Below, piece after piece: positions 32,473-43,304 of a stretch of DNA of 64,000 bases. This DNA is from Hyphomicrobiales bacterium (GTDB taxonomy: Bacteria > Pseudomonadota > Alphaproteobacteria > Rhizobiales > NORP267), in assembly GCA_021775855.1 (NCBI GenBank), contig JAJFGZ010000006.1, positions 3,761 to 67,760 on the forward strand, given 5' to 3'. A program made the position numbers and the translations under genes. Position 1 is the stretch's first letter, and the number at the start of each line of letters is the position of its first letter. The notes below the pieces were generated by a model. That model saw nothing but the letters and a program-made list of their open reading frames with translations. It did no database searches and had not been told where the DNA came from.

Positions 32473-32486
32473 TTGACCTGGATCAA
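32473..32486. promoter_or_regulatory. FNR/FixK-type box
   Basis: TTGAC-CTGG-ATCAA, 9/10 match to TTGAT-N4-ATCAA. Confidence 0.6.
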
Positions 32487-32640
32487 AATCACGGGACGTT
32501 TGCTGATTTACCGCCGGCGTCGCTTCCCAACGGCGAAGCGCGGTGATAAAGACATTTGCCAATCCGATTCCCGCACGGGCAGGGCAAATTAAAGGCTGCT
32601 GTCATCGGGTTCCGGTTATCCGGTTCAATGGAGGTTGGTA

Positions 32641-34128
32641 ATGGCTGATGCATCAGCGCCAGGCGGTTTCCCCAATACACTTACGTTTGATGATGTCCTG
32701 TTGCGGCCCCGGCGTTCGGAAATTTTGCCGTCCGAAGCCGAATTGGCGACGCAGGTCACCCGCACCATTTCCATGTCGATCCCGATCCTCTCGGCGGCGA
32801 TGGATACAGTCACTGAATCGCGCCTGGCAATCGCGCTGGCGCAGGCCGGCGGCATCGGAGTGATCCACCGCAACCTGACACCGGACGAACAGGCCAATCA
32901 GGTCATCCAGGTGAAGAAATTTGAATCCGGTATGGTCGTGAACCCGTTCACCTTGCCACCAACAGCGACACTCGGCGCAGCGCTCGATCTTATGAGCCAG
33001 CACGGGTTTTCAGGGATCCCGGTGGTCGACCAGACATCAGGCGGCAAACTGGTCGGCATTCTAACCAACCGTGACGTGCGCTTTGCCAACAACCCCGATC
33101 AACCGGTCTCCGAATTGATGACGAAGGAAAACCTGGTCACTGTGCGCGACAATGTGGACCGCGCGGAAGCCAAGCGGTTGCTGCACAAGTTCAGAATTGA
33201 AAAGCTGCTGGTGGTTGACGACGATTACCGTTGCGTTGGGCTGATCACCGTCAAAGACATTGAAAAGGCGCAGCTTTACCCCAACGCGTGCAAGGACGGG
33301 CAGGGCAGGCTCCGGGTCGCTGCGGCCACATCAGTTGGTGATGATGGTTTTGCCCGCGCCGAGCAGCTAATCGATGCCGGCGCTGACCTGATCGTCGTGG
33401 ATACCGCCCACGGCCATTCGGTCCGTGTGCTGGAGGCGGTTGCCCGGATCAAGCGGCTCTCCAATTCAGCCCAGGTGATTGCCGGCAACGTGGCGACGGT
33501 CGACGGCACCAAGGCGCTGATCGATGCGGGCGCCGATGCGGTCAAGGTCGGGATTGGACCGGGCTCGATTTGCACAACGCGCATCGTTGCCGGTGTCGGG
33601 GTTCCGCAACTCACGGCAATTATGGATTCGGTCTCGGTGGCGCGCGCAAACGATATCCCCGTCATCGCCGATGGCGGGATCAAATTTTCGGGGGACCTGG
33701 CCAAGGCGATTGCGGCTGGTGCCAGTTGCGTCATGATCGGCTCGCTTCTGGCGGGCACCGAAGAAAGCCCCGGCGAGACATATCTGTATCAAGGCCGCAG
33801 CTACAAGAGCTACAGAGGCATGGGCTCTGTGGGCGCCATGGCGCGTGGCTCGGCCGACCGCTATTTTCAGCAGGATATCAAAGACACCTTGAAGCTCGTG
33901 CCGGAAGGTATTGAGGGGCAGGTGCCGTATAAAGGCCCGGCGGCTGATATTCTCCACCAGTTACTGGGTGGCTTGAAAGCCGCCATGGGGTATACGGGTG
34001 CTGCCAGCATCCCCGAATTCCAGGAAAATGCCGAATTTATCCAGATTTCAGGCGCGTCGTTGCGCGAAAGTCACGTCCATGACGTGACCATGACCCGCGA
34101 ACCGCCGAACTATCATCGAGACAGGTAG
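32641..34128 (+). CDS. guaB: IMP dehydrogenase
   Basis: [20 protein letters not shown] pair, [17 protein letters not shown]. Confidence 0.97.
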   Translation: MADASAPGGFPNTLTFDDVLLRPRRSEILPSEAELATQVTRTISMSIPILSAAMDTVTESRLAIALAQAGGIGVIHRNLTPDEQANQVIQVKKFESGMVVNPFTLPPTATLGAALDLMSQHGFSGIPVVDQTSGGKLVGILTNRDVRFANNPDQPVSELMTKENLVTVRDNVDRAEAKRLLHKFRIEKLLVVDDDYRCVGLITVKDIEKAQLYPNACKDGQGRLRVAAATSVGDDGFARAEQLIDAGADLIVVDTAHGHSVRVLEAVARIKRLSNSAQVIAGNVATVDGTKALIDAGADAVKVGIGPGSICTTRIVAGVGVPQLTAIMDSVSVARANDIPVIADGGIKFSGDLAKAIAAGASCVMIGSLLAGTEESPGETYLYQGRSYKSYRGMGSVGAMARGSADRYFQQDIKDTLKLVPEGIEGQVPYKGPAADILHQLLGGLKAAMGYTGAASIPEFQENAEFIQISGASLRESHVHDVTMTREPPNYHRDR

Positions 34129-34133
34129 GATCT

Positions 34134-34556
34134 ATGAACCCAGTTGCCATTCTCTACGCGGTTTTTGCCCAGATTGCCCTAACCTACATACTTGGCTTCT
34201 GGACCGGGTATCTACGCCACCGCGCCACACTAAGCCGCAGGGTAAGGGTCAAGAATATCGCGCTCCATCAGCCTGCTTGGCCTGAATATGAAACGAAAAT
34301 CGGGAATTGTTTCCGCAACCAGTTTGAGGGTCCGATCCTCTTTTATGCTGTTGTTGCCCTGCTGCTGTCGACCGGCATGGTGGACATGGTACAGATTGTT
34401 CTGGCGTGGGCGTTTATCGGTGCGCGGGTCATCCATGCCTACATCCACACAGGTTCCAATTTCGTGCCGTGGCGCTTCATCGCCTATTCTTCGGGCATGA
34501 TCATCCTACTCGCAATGTGGGTCTGGTTCGCCATCCGCACTTTTGGCCTGTATTAG
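34134..34556 (+). CDS. MAPEG family membrane protein
   Basis: NCFRNQFEGPILFY, AWAFIGARVIHAYIH. Confidence 0.85.
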   Translation: MNPVAILYAVFAQIALTYILGFWTGYLRHRATLSRRVRVKNIALHQPAWPEYETKIGNCFRNQFEGPILFYAVVALLLSTGMVDMVQIVLAWAFIGARVIHAYIHTGSNFVPWRFIAYSSGMIILLAMWVWFAIRTFGLY

Positions 34557-35849
34557 ATGAGGGCTGGAGCGCGCGCCACCGCAGCAATCGAGATTCTGGA
34601 TGACATCGATGCGCGTAAACGCCCCGCGACACAGGCGCTCAGAGATTGGGGACTAAGCAACCGGTTTGCCGGCTCCGGCGACCGCGCGGTGATCGGCAAC
34701 CTGGTTTTTGACGTGCTCCGGAAGAAATCGTCACTTGCCTGGCGCATGGGGGATGAAAATGCCCGGGCGGCGGTCATCGGTACACTACGCTGGGTCTGGG
34801 GCCTGTCGCGCGACGATATCGCTCTCCAGTTTGATGGATCGTTCCACGCGCCTGTGACTCTAACGGAAGACGAGATCGAGCGCCTCTATAGCGACAACCT
34901 CGTTGACTCTCCCGCTTGGGTCAGGGGCGACTATCCACAATGGCTGCATGACTCAATGGTCAAGCAGTTTGGCGAACGGGCCAGCGAAGAAGGCGCGGCC
35001 CAGACGAACCGGGCGCCGGTCGATCTGCGCGCAAACGGTCTGAAGTCTGATCGCGATAGGGTTTTGAAGGCGCTTTCGCGCTTTTCTCCGCAAGAAACGC
35101 CGCTTTCGCCGCTCGGAGTTCGCATCCCGGCCACCGTTGGCGCCGGACGTTCTCCCGCGATCACGGTGGAAACCGGGTACAATAAGGGCTGGTTCGAAGT
35201 GCAGGACGAGGGGTCGCAACTGGCGGCGTTGCTGGCGGGTGCCGAACCGGGTCAACAGGTCGCCGATATCTGCGCCGGTGCAGGCGGCAAGACGCTGGCC
35301 TTGTCGGCGATCATGGACAACAAGGGCCAGGTCCATGCATTTGATGTTGACCGCCACCGGTTCAAGAAAATCCACGAGCGCCTGCGCCGCGCCGGGACCC
35401 GGAATGTCCAGGTGATCGAGCCGGGAGATCATGCGCTCGACCCCTTGATTGACCGAATGGACCTGGTTCTGGTCGATGCCCCGTGCACAGGGTCGGGCAC
35501 CTGGCGACGTCACCCCGATGCTAAATGGCGGATGCGCGAGGGGGCTTTCGAGGCCCGAAAAACAGAACAGATAGTCGCCCTGAACATGGCCGCGCCTCTG
35601 GTCAAACCAAGCGGTCGGATTGTCTACGTGACCTGCTCGATCTTGCCGCAGGAAAATGATGACCAGGTGCGTGCGTTTTTGTCAGGCAACAAGAATTTTC
35701 GCCCCGGGAAATTACACCCCGGTACACTTAAAAAAATAACTGATCGGCGGGGCGAAAGCTCGTCGGCACTTGAATCAGAAATTCAACTAACCCCGCTAAG
35801 AGATTCAACTGACGGATTTTTTGTGGCCTGCTTGGAGCGCGTATCATGA
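34557..35849 (+). CDS. RsmB/NOP family m5C RNA methyltransferase
   Basis: [32 protein letters not shown]. Confidence 0.9.
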   Translation: MRAGARATAAIEILDDIDARKRPATQALRDWGLSNRFAGSGDRAVIGNLVFDVLRKKSSLAWRMGDENARAAVIGTLRWVWGLSRDDIALQFDGSFHAPVTLTEDEIERLYSDNLVDSPAWVRGDYPQWLHDSMVKQFGERASEEGAAQTNRAPVDLRANGLKSDRDRVLKALSRFSPQETPLSPLGVRIPATVGAGRSPAITVETGYNKGWFEVQDEGSQLAALLAGAEPGQQVADICAGAGGKTLALSAIMDNKGQVHAFDVDRHRFKKIHERLRRAGTRNVQVIEPGDHALDPLIDRMDLVLVDAPCTGSGTWRRHPDAKWRMREGAFEARKTEQIVALNMAAPLVKPSGRIVYVTCSILPQENDDQVRAFLSGNKNFRPGKLHPGTLKKITDRRGESSSALESEIQLTPLRDSTDGFFVACLERVS

Positions 35850-37393
35850 GCGGTTCAATCCTTATCATCGATTTCGGGTCGCAGGTGACCCAGCTGATCG
35901 CGCGCCGGATCCGCGAGGCGGGCGTTTATTGCGAGATCGTCCCGTTCAACAAAGCGGATAAGGTCTTCGCCGATTTCGACCCGGCCGCCGTGATCCTCTC
36001 GGGCGGACCGGCCAGCGTGCACGAAGCCGATACCCCGCGCGCGCCGCAGGCGGTATTCGAGGCAGGCATCCCGGTGCTCGGCATCTGCTACGGTCAAATG
36101 ACCATGGTCGAACAGTTGGGGGGCGCGACCGAAGCAAGTTCCCAGCGCGAATTTGGTCGTGCCGCTCTAGAGGTCATTGGCGATATCCCGTTCCTGGACG
36201 GGGTTTGGAACAGAGGTGATACCCCGACTGTCTGGATGAGCCACGGCGACCGGGTCACCGAAATGCCGCCTGGTTTTGAGAAAGTCGGCATATCCGAAAA
36301 TGCCCCCTTCGCCCTGATCGCCGACGAAACCCGGAAATTCTACGGGCTGATGTTCCACCCCGAAGTTGTCCATACGCCGGAAGGTGGAAAATTGTTGGCA
36401 AATTTTGCCCGCAAAATTGCTGGCTGTCCGGGCGATTGGTCCATGGCCCATTTCAGGACCGCGGCGATCGATGCGATCCGAAAACAGGTCGGCACGGCTA
36501 AGGTAGTCTGTGGCCTTTCCGGCGGTGTGGATTCATCGGTGGTCGCGGCTCTCATCTTTGAGGCCATCGGCGACCAGCTCACCTGCATCCTGGTCGATCA
36601 CGGATTGATGCGCCTGGACGAGGCGAACGACGTGGCCGAGATGTTCCGGGAACATTACAAAATTCCTCTGGTCCATATTGACGCCTGCGACAAGTTCGTC
36701 TCGGCGCTTGCCGGCATCAGCGATCCGGAAAAGAAACGTAAGACAATCGGCGGGCTGTTCATCGACGTTTTCGAGGAAGAGGCCAAAAAAATCGGGGGCG
36801 CGGAGTTTTTGGCGCAGGGGACCCTTTACCCAGACGTAATAGAGTCGGTGTCTTTCACCGGCGGTCCCTCGGTCACCATCAAATCCCACCATAACGTGGG
36901 TGGCTTGCCGGAGCGTATGGATCTGAAACTGGTCGAGCCGTTGCGCGAACTCTTCAAGGACGAAGTGCGCGAACTGGGCCGCGAACTGGGTCTGCCGGAA
37001 AGCTTTGTCGGGCGCCACCCGTTCCCAGGCCCCGGCCTTGCGATCCGCATCCCCGGTGATATCACGGTTGAAAAACTGGACATATTGCGCAAGGCGGACG
37101 CGATCTACCTGGATGAAATTCGCAAGGCCGGGTTGTACGATAAAATCTGGCAAGCCTTCGCTGTGCTGTTACCCGTCCAGACCGTCGGCGTAATGGGGGA
37201 CGCGCGCACCTACGACAATGTCTGCGCGCTCCGCGCCGTCACCTCGACCGACGGCATGACCGCCGATTTTTACCCCTACGAGATGGATTTTCTCGCCCGC
37301 ACCGCCACCCGCATCATCAACGAAGTAAAGGGCATCAATCGCGTGGTTTACGATGTGACCTCGAAACCGCCGGGAACCATCGAGTGGGAGTGA
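35846..37393 (+). CDS. guaA: GMP synthase (glutamine-hydrolysing)
   Basis: [51 protein letters not shown]. Confidence 0.97.
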   Translation: MSGSILIIDFGSQVTQLIARRIREAGVYCEIVPFNKADKVFADFDPAAVILSGGPASVHEADTPRAPQAVFEAGIPVLGICYGQMTMVEQLGGATEASSQREFGRAALEVIGDIPFLDGVWNRGDTPTVWMSHGDRVTEMPPGFEKVGISENAPFALIADETRKFYGLMFHPEVVHTPEGGKLLANFARKIAGCPGDWSMAHFRTAAIDAIRKQVGTAKVVCGLSGGVDSSVVAALIFEAIGDQLTCILVDHGLMRLDEANDVAEMFREHYKIPLVHIDACDKFVSALAGISDPEKKRKTIGGLFIDVFEEEAKKIGGAEFLAQGTLYPDVIESVSFTGGPSVTIKSHHNVGGLPERMDLKLVEPLRELFKDEVRELGRELGLPESFVGRHPFPGPGLAIRIPGDITVEKLDILRKADAIYLDEIRKAGLYDKIWQAFAVLLPVQTVGVMGDARTYDNVCALRAVTSTDGMTADFYPYEMDFLARTATRIINEVKGINRVVYDVTSKPPGTIEWE

Positions 37394-37451
37394 AAAACGC
37401 CGTCATCCCGGAATGACAAGATTTATTGGATCTGGATATCCGCGCCAAAAC

Positions 37452-37796
37452 CTACCCTTCGGAGCGTGATGCGCACTTGATGCAGAGCGCGGCGGCGGGA
37501 TCGACCTCGAGGCGTTTTGGCGCAATTTCTTCGTCGCAATTAGCGCAATAGCCGTACTCGCCATCGTTAAGCCGCTTCAATGCTTCTTCCACCCGGACGA
37601 GATCGCGCCCGCGCCGTCGCTCGGCCTCCTGCGCCATTGCCTGGACCTGTATCGCGTCCATCCGCGACAGGCGACCGACGCTCTGCTGGTCGAGCGTGAC
37701 CGGATCTCGGGACCTGGCTGAAATCGAGCTCAGGTCCTGCAATTCGATCCGGCGTTTTTTTAGCGTCGCCAGCGCCAGTTTCGCGTTTATTGCCAT
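37452..37796 (-). CDS. TraR/DksA-family C4 zinc-finger protein
   Basis: YGYCANC...LCIKC; coiled coil with LDQQSVGRLSRMDA. Confidence 0.88.
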   Translation of the reverse strand: MAINAKLALATLKKRRIELQDLSSISARSRDPVTLDQQSVGRLSRMDAIQVQAMAQEAERRRGRDLVRVEEALKRLNDGEYGYCANCDEEIAPKRLEVDPAAALCIKCASRSEG

Positions 37797-38036
37797 CGAA
37801 ACGATTTTCCTCGAATTCCACATTACCAGACCCCACCGACGATCGCCAATTTGGCCCGGAGCCTGCTTTCTTCACCCTGAATTGTTTGACCGGGCCGCTG
37901 GCCCCGAAAATTCCGCTTCTGCGACCTTCGACCAATTTTTGTCGTAGATGGATCGTGGCCGTTCGCGCCGGATTGAGCATGACTGCGCGCGCCCGGTGTT
38001 ATAACCTACATTTCATTCCAAATCACGGAGGCAGAT

Positions 38037-38609
38037 ATGTCGTTGCTGATAGTCGGACTATTGATTTTTTCCGCCATCCATTTCGTGCCGTCCTTTCCGG
38101 GCGTGAAAAGTACAATGCAGAGCCGTTTGGGTGTGTTGGGGTATCGGGGAGTATTTTCAGGCATTTCGCTGGTCGCCTTGTTGCTCATGATTTACGGCTA
38201 CGCTGAAGCCCAGCCGCAATCCCCGAACGTTTGGACAATGCCGTCCTGGGGCAGGGACGTGACGCCTGTTCTGGTCCTGGTGGCGTTTATCCTTTTGGCG
38301 GCGACGTATTTGCGCGGCAACATCGCACGAATGGTGCGACACCCCATGACGATCGCGGTGATCGTCTGGGCCGGCGCGCATCTACTCGTCAATCCGACAC
38401 AAGCGGATGTGGTCCTTTTCGGTGGAATCCTGGCTTGGGCCGTCGTCGCAATCGTCTTTGCCTTTGCCCGCAACAATAATCGCGCAGTCGTTGCCGGCGC
38501 TACTGCGGTACGCAATGATATATTGGCAATCGTGGTGGGCGTGATCGTCTATATTCTTTTTGTCTGGCGCGCCCATGAATGGTTATTCGGGGTCCAGCCG
38601 ATCCCCTGA
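38037..38609 (+). CDS. NnrU family membrane protein
   Basis: [14 protein letters not shown]...WAGAHLLVN...DVVLFG. Confidence 0.85.
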   Translation: MSLLIVGLLIFSAIHFVPSFPGVKSTMQSRLGVLGYRGVFSGISLVALLLMIYGYAEAQPQSPNVWTMPSWGRDVTPVLVLVAFILLAATYLRGNIARMVRHPMTIAVIVWAGAHLLVNPTQADVVLFGGILAWAVVAIVFAFARNNNRAVVAGATAVRNDILAIVVGVIVYILFVWRAHEWLFGVQPIP

Positions 38610-38683
38610 TCCGGGTTTCATTGCCAACAATGTTGCAGTGCGGTATCACTCTCCAAACCAGCAATTTACGTGAGGAGAACAGA

Positions 38684-39541
38684 ATGTCGGCACAGACCCC
38701 GGTCAGACGGTTGACCGCACCAGATATCGCCGCGAAAAAGGGCGTTGAGACGATTATTTCGCTCACCGCCTATCACGCCCATACGGCTGCCATTGCTGAC
38801 CAATATTGCGATTTTTTGCTGGTCGGCGATTCCCTTGGCATGGTGATGCATGGTTTTGAGTCGACCCTGCCGGTCCCCCTCGAATTGATGATCCTGCATG
38901 GCAAAGCGGTGATGCGTGGCGCGTCAAAGGCGCTGATTGTCGTAGACATGCCGTTCGGGTCTTACGAGGAAAGCCCTGAAATTGCGTTCCGCAACGCCGC
39001 CGCGATTATCAAGGAAACCCAGGTTGGCGCGGTCAAGCTCGAAGGCGGTGCGCGAATGGCAGATACCATTCACTATCTGACTGAGCGCGGCATTCCGGTC
39101 ATGGCGCATATCGGGCTCACCCCCCAATCAATCAATGTTATGGGCGGGTTCAAGGTCCAGGGCCGGGAAAAAGCCCAATGGAAGGCCCTCGAGAATGACG
39201 CGGACGCGGTCTCCAAAGCTGGCGCGTTCGCGATAGTGCTGGAGGCCATGCCGGAAACGCTTGCCAAACGGATCACCAAGGCCGTGCCCATTCCAACAAT
39301 AGGCATCGGCGCCGGGCGCGATTGCGATGGGCAAATCCTGGTCATGGAGGATATGCTCGGCCTGAGCCCCTGGGTTCCAAAATTTGTAAAAAAATTCGGT
39401 ACCGTGGGGGCGGCCATCAATCGCGCGATCAAAGGCTATGCCGATGAAGTGCGGGGTGGGCAATTTCCGGCTAGCGAGCACACCTACGCCATGAAAGCGC
39501 CGCAAAAAAAGGCTGCAAGAACGGCACGCGCCAAACGCTAA
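38684..39541 (+). CDS. panB: 3-methyl-2-oxobutanoate hydroxymethyltransferase
   Basis: [41 protein letters not shown]; SD gaggag. Confidence 0.96.
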   Translation: MSAQTPVRRLTAPDIAAKKGVETIISLTAYHAHTAAIADQYCDFLLVGDSLGMVMHGFESTLPVPLELMILHGKAVMRGASKALIVVDMPFGSYEESPEIAFRNAAAIIKETQVGAVKLEGGARMADTIHYLTERGIPVMAHIGLTPQSINVMGGFKVQGREKAQWKALENDADAVSKAGAFAIVLEAMPETLAKRITKAVPIPTIGIGAGRDCDGQILVMEDMLGLSPWVPKFVKKFGTVGAAINRAIKGYADEVRGGQFPASEHTYAMKAPQKKAARTARAKR

Positions 39542-39646
39542 CCTTGTGGCACACCGGGAATTGCAACTGCCGGTCACAAGGGGTAGTTATCTTGCTTGCC
39601 TCGCTGCAGGGCGGCGTACCGGCGGCAACAGAATATTGGAAACCGA

Positions 39647-40333
39647 ATGAGTGACGTTTTTCGCGAAGTCGACGAAGACCTTCGCCACGAGCATCTGACC
39701 AACCTCTGGCGTCGTTTTGGCCTGTTTGCAATCGGCGCTGCAGTGCTGGTCGTTGCCGGCGTTGCTGGATTCAAAGGCTGGACCTGGTACATGACCCAAC
39801 AGGCCGAAGATGCAGGGCTCCGTTACGAGCAGGCCGTCGACGCCAGCGAAAATGGTAGTCAGGCTGAAGGAATTCGCCAGATGGAACTCCTGGCGCAGTC
39901 TTCATCCGGCGGATATCCAGCCCTTGCAGCGCTTGAAATTGCCGGATTGAAGGCTCAGGCCGGCGATATTGAAGGTGCAATAGCGGCGTACGACGCCTTT
40001 GCTGCCGATAGTTCCAACGATCAGAATTTGCGTAATGTCGCGACAATGCAGGCGGCTTACTATCTTCTCGATACGGCTGACACCGCCACCATCCGTGCCC
40101 GGCTGGAAACACTCGCGAGCGCGGATAATGTGTGGCGCCCGACCGCCCGCGAGGTGATCGCGCTCAGTTTGTGGAAGGCTGGAAGTTATTCCGAAGCCGC
40201 AAATATTTACCGTGAATTGTCCAATGATTTTCAATCCCCGCGCGGTGTTCGCCAGCGCGCCCTTGTGATGTTGAACCTGATTGCTCCTGACGAGCAGGCC
40301 AGCGGCGGGACGGGGGCGGGGAGCAACCAATGA
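39647..40333 (+). CDS. TPR/YfgM-like membrane-anchored protein
   Basis: MSDVFREVDEDLR, one TM helix, helical repeats; usual position upstream of a PQQ-propeller gene and der. Confidence 0.8.
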   Translation: MSDVFREVDEDLRHEHLTNLWRRFGLFAIGAAVLVVAGVAGFKGWTWYMTQQAEDAGLRYEQAVDASENGSQAEGIRQMELLAQSSSGGYPALAALEIAGLKAQAGDIEGAIAAYDAFAADSSNDQNLRNVATMQAAYYLLDTADTATIRARLETLASADNVWRPTAREVIALSLWKAGSYSEAANIYRELSNDFQSPRGVRQRALVMLNLIAPDEQASGGTGAGSNQ

Positions 40334-41661
40334 ACTATCGTTCCAAGGTCCTGGTCGCTCTGGCGATTCTGGTCGGCCTTTCCGGTTGCGGTAATAACTC
40401 GTTGAGCGATTTTAACCCGTTCAGGCGCGACGACCCACTACTTCCCGGGGATCGACAGGAAGTCCTGACCGAGCCCAACCCGCTCACGGTCAATCCCGAC
40501 GCAACAAGCGTTGGTGCCATCGTTCTACCGCCCGCGATCAGCAACGGCGACTGGTCGCAGCCCGGCGGCACACCGTCCAACGCGCCGGGCCATCTGGCAT
40601 ATTCCGGCGGTGGCCAACGTATCTGGATTTCCAGCGCGGGCGAGGGAACCGGCGACAACGGAAATATTTCTGCCTCCCCGGTGGTTGCCGGTGGCCGGGC
40701 TTATACTATGGACGTAAAGGGTACGATCACTGCCTTTAGCGCAGCCAGTGGTGGCCGCGCGTGGCGTATATCCATTGTTCCCGAAGGCGAGGATGACGAT
40801 GGAATTACCGGAGGAGGATTAGCGGCCAGCAATGGCATCCTCTATGCCGTCACCGGGTATGGCGAAATCATCGCGCTGGATCAGGGTAGCGGGCAACGGC
40901 TTTGGACAGTCAATATGGACATCCCCATGCGCAGTGCGCCGACCGTCGAAGGGAGCACGCTATACGCGGTGAGTACTGACAACCGGATTTTTGCTGTCTC
41001 GACTGCGGATGGCAGCAAGCTATGGACCTACCGGGGGATCCCTGAAACCACCGGGCTCGTCTCCAGCGCCAGCCCGGCTGTTTCTGGTGACATGGTTGTC
41101 GTCCCGTTTTCGTCAGGCGAGATCATTGCTTTCAAGAGCGCAACCGGAGACCCGGTTTGGGCCGAGACCCTGACCAGGACCCGGAGTTTCACGAGCCTGT
41201 CCGGTATCCGTGAAGTCGCGGCCCGCCCGGTCATTCAAAACGGTGTCGTCTATGCGGTTAGTGTATCGGGTCGCATGATCGCCACGGGCCTTGCCGATGG
41301 CGAAAGAATTTGGACAAGAAATTTTTCAGGTATTCACACCCCCTCAATTGCGGGCGACAGTCTATTCGCCGTCGATGTAGACGGCCGGCTGGTTGCTTTT
41401 GACCGCCTGACCGGCGATGTGCTCTGGCTTATCGAATTACCCAAAGACGATCGCGATCCGGAACGCTGGGCCGGACCCGTCCTAGCCGGTGGCCGGCTAT
41501 GGCTGGCATCCACCCAGGGCCGGATGGTCTCGGTTGATCCAGCGACCGGGCAGTTGGGCACCGAGCGTAGCGTAGGTGACCCGGTCAGAATGCAACCGAT
41601 TGTCGCGGCCAACAGGATCTATATGCTGACCGATGACGCCAACCTGGTCGCGTTCAACTAG
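40330..41661 (+). CDS. PQQ-like beta-propeller lipoprotein (BamB-like)
   Basis: Lipobox LSGC; repeated ALD..G...W / SPAV propeller motifs. Confidence 0.85.
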   Translation: MNYRSKVLVALAILVGLSGCGNNSLSDFNPFRRDDPLLPGDRQEVLTEPNPLTVNPDATSVGAIVLPPAISNGDWSQPGGTPSNAPGHLAYSGGGQRIWISSAGEGTGDNGNISASPVVAGGRAYTMDVKGTITAFSAASGGRAWRISIVPEGEDDDGITGGGLAASNGILYAVTGYGEIIALDQGSGQRLWTVNMDIPMRSAPTVEGSTLYAVSTDNRIFAVSTADGSKLWTYRGIPETTGLVSSASPAVSGDMVVVPFSSGEIIAFKSATGDPVWAETLTRTRSFTSLSGIREVAARPVIQNGVVYAVSVSGRMIATGLADGERIWTRNFSGIHTPSIAGDSLFAVDVDGRLVAFDRLTGDVLWLIELPKDDRDPERWAGPVLAGGRLWLASTQGRMVSVDPATGQLGTERSVGDPVRMQPIVAANRIYMLTDDANLVAFN

Positions 41662-41697
41662 GCGTACGTGGCGAACTGGAATATGCCGGCAAATACC

Positions 41698-43053
41698 ATG
41701 CAGTTTAAAATCGCCATCATCGGCCGCCCCAATGTGGGTAAATCGACGTTGTTCAACCGGCTGGCCGGTAAACGGCTTGCTATTGTCGACGACCGGCCAG
41801 GGGTCACCCGCGACCGCCGAAACGCGGACGTTAGCTGGGGCGGGCTGGAATTCACCCTGATCGATACGGCGGGGCTTGATAATGCCGACCGCGACAGCCT
41901 CGAGGGCCGCATGCAGAACCAGACCGCGGCGGCGATCAAGGAAGCGGATCTCTGTGTTTTTGTAATGGATTCGCGGGCCGGCCTGACACCCATGGATAAA
42001 CATTTTTCCGCCCTCCTGCGCAGGGGTGGCAGGCCCGTTATCATCCTCGCAAACAAGGCCGAGGGCCGGGCAGGCGACGTTGGCGCGCTGGAGGCGCATG
42101 CATTGGGGTTCGGCACGCCGATCCTCTTTTCTGCTGAGCATGGCGACGGCATGTCGGACCTGTTCCAGGCGATCCGCCATGAGCGCGACGATTGGGAAGC
42201 AAATCTGGAGAGCGACGAATTTGTGGATGACGGGGAAGCCGACAGGCCGCTAAAGATTGCCGTTATCGGCAGGCCGAATGCCGGGAAATCGACCCTCGTC
42301 AACCAGCTGATCGGCGAAAGCCGTTTGTTAACCGGACCCGAAGCGGGCATCACCCGCGACGCTATCGCGGTAAAATGGCGCTGGCAGGGCCGTGATATCC
42401 AGCTTGTTGATACGGCGGGTTTGCGCAAAAAAGCCCGGATCAAGGATCGTCTCGAAAAACTCTCTGCTGGCGACGCCCTGCACACCCTCAAGTTTGCCGA
42501 AGTGGTCATCCTGCTTGTGGATGCGTCTCAGCCGTTCGAAAATCAGGATTTGAAACTTGCCGACCTGATTGCCAGGGAAGGCCGGGCGGTCGTGATCGGG
42601 GTCAACAAATGGGACCTGGTCAAGAACAAGCAGATCACCCGCAAGAAGCTCGACGAAATGGTCGGGCGCTTGCTGCCCCAAATCCGAGGTGTTCCGGTTG
42701 TGACCTTGTCCGCCGCGCAGGGCAAAGGGCTTGATAAATTGATCAAGGCCGCGTGCGAAATCCACGATGTCTGGAACAAGCGCATCGCGACAGCAAAGCT
42801 CAATGCCTGGCTCGCCGATGTCAGCAACGAACACCCGCCGCCCGCAGACAAGGGACGCCGGGTCCGGCTGCGCTATATGACCCAGCCGAATGCCCGCCCA
42901 CCGAGCTTCGTGGCATTTTCTCAACGCGCTTCATCAGTTCCGGAATCGTATATTAGATATCTCATTAACGCTTTACGGGATTATTTTAATCTAAAAGGTG
43001 TGCCGATCAGGTTCCATATCCGGTCAGGCAATAATCCCTATGTGGATAAGTGA
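41698..43053 (+). CDS. der: Ribosome biogenesis GTPase Der
   Basis: Tandem G-domains GRPNVGKS and [12 protein letters not shown] twice, NKWD. Confidence 0.97.
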   Translation: MQFKIAIIGRPNVGKSTLFNRLAGKRLAIVDDRPGVTRDRRNADVSWGGLEFTLIDTAGLDNADRDSLEGRMQNQTAAAIKEADLCVFVMDSRAGLTPMDKHFSALLRRGGRPVIILANKAEGRAGDVGALEAHALGFGTPILFSAEHGDGMSDLFQAIRHERDDWEANLESDEFVDDGEADRPLKIAVIGRPNAGKSTLVNQLIGESRLLTGPEAGITRDAIAVKWRWQGRDIQLVDTAGLRKKARIKDRLEKLSAGDALHTLKFAEVVILLVDASQPFENQDLKLADLIAREGRAVVIGVNKWDLVKNKQITRKKLDEMVGRLLPQIRGVPVVTLSAAQGKGLDKLIKAACEIHDVWNKRIATAKLNAWLADVSNEHPPPADKGRRVRLRYMTQPNARPPSFVAFSQRASSVPESYIRYLINALRDYFNLKGVPIRFHIRSGNNPYVDK

Positions 43054-43098
43054 GGCCGACCGTCGAGCTTGAAATTTTAACCGAATTCAATTTCTTGC

Positions 43099-43304
43099 TT
43101 GACCCGGAATTTCACCGCGTATAATTGACAAATTACGTGGGCGGCGATGGCGTCGCCGCAATCTCGTCCGTCAGCTTTGCCTGTCGATTGAGAATCCACG
43201 AGATCATGCCGGTCTATCGGTTGGCATGTTTGACGTCCTGAACGCCCGGATTTTGTTCGCCGGTGTGTTCAGTCTGACCTCCGGCGACTGCTCAGGAGGT
43301 TATA
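43099..43304 (+). promoter_or_regulatory. Candidate promoter and structured 5' leader of creatinase
   Basis: TTGACC 43099 / TATAAT 43120 (15-nt spacer, short); several hairpins; ACCTCC 43277-43282 complementary to SD GGAGGT 43295-43300. Confidence 0.45.

Noticed and set aside
37402-37417. GTCATCCCGGAATGAC after guaA as a REP/MITE
   Set aside because: Single 16-bp copy with a 5-bp stem; at most a weak terminator or repeat relic
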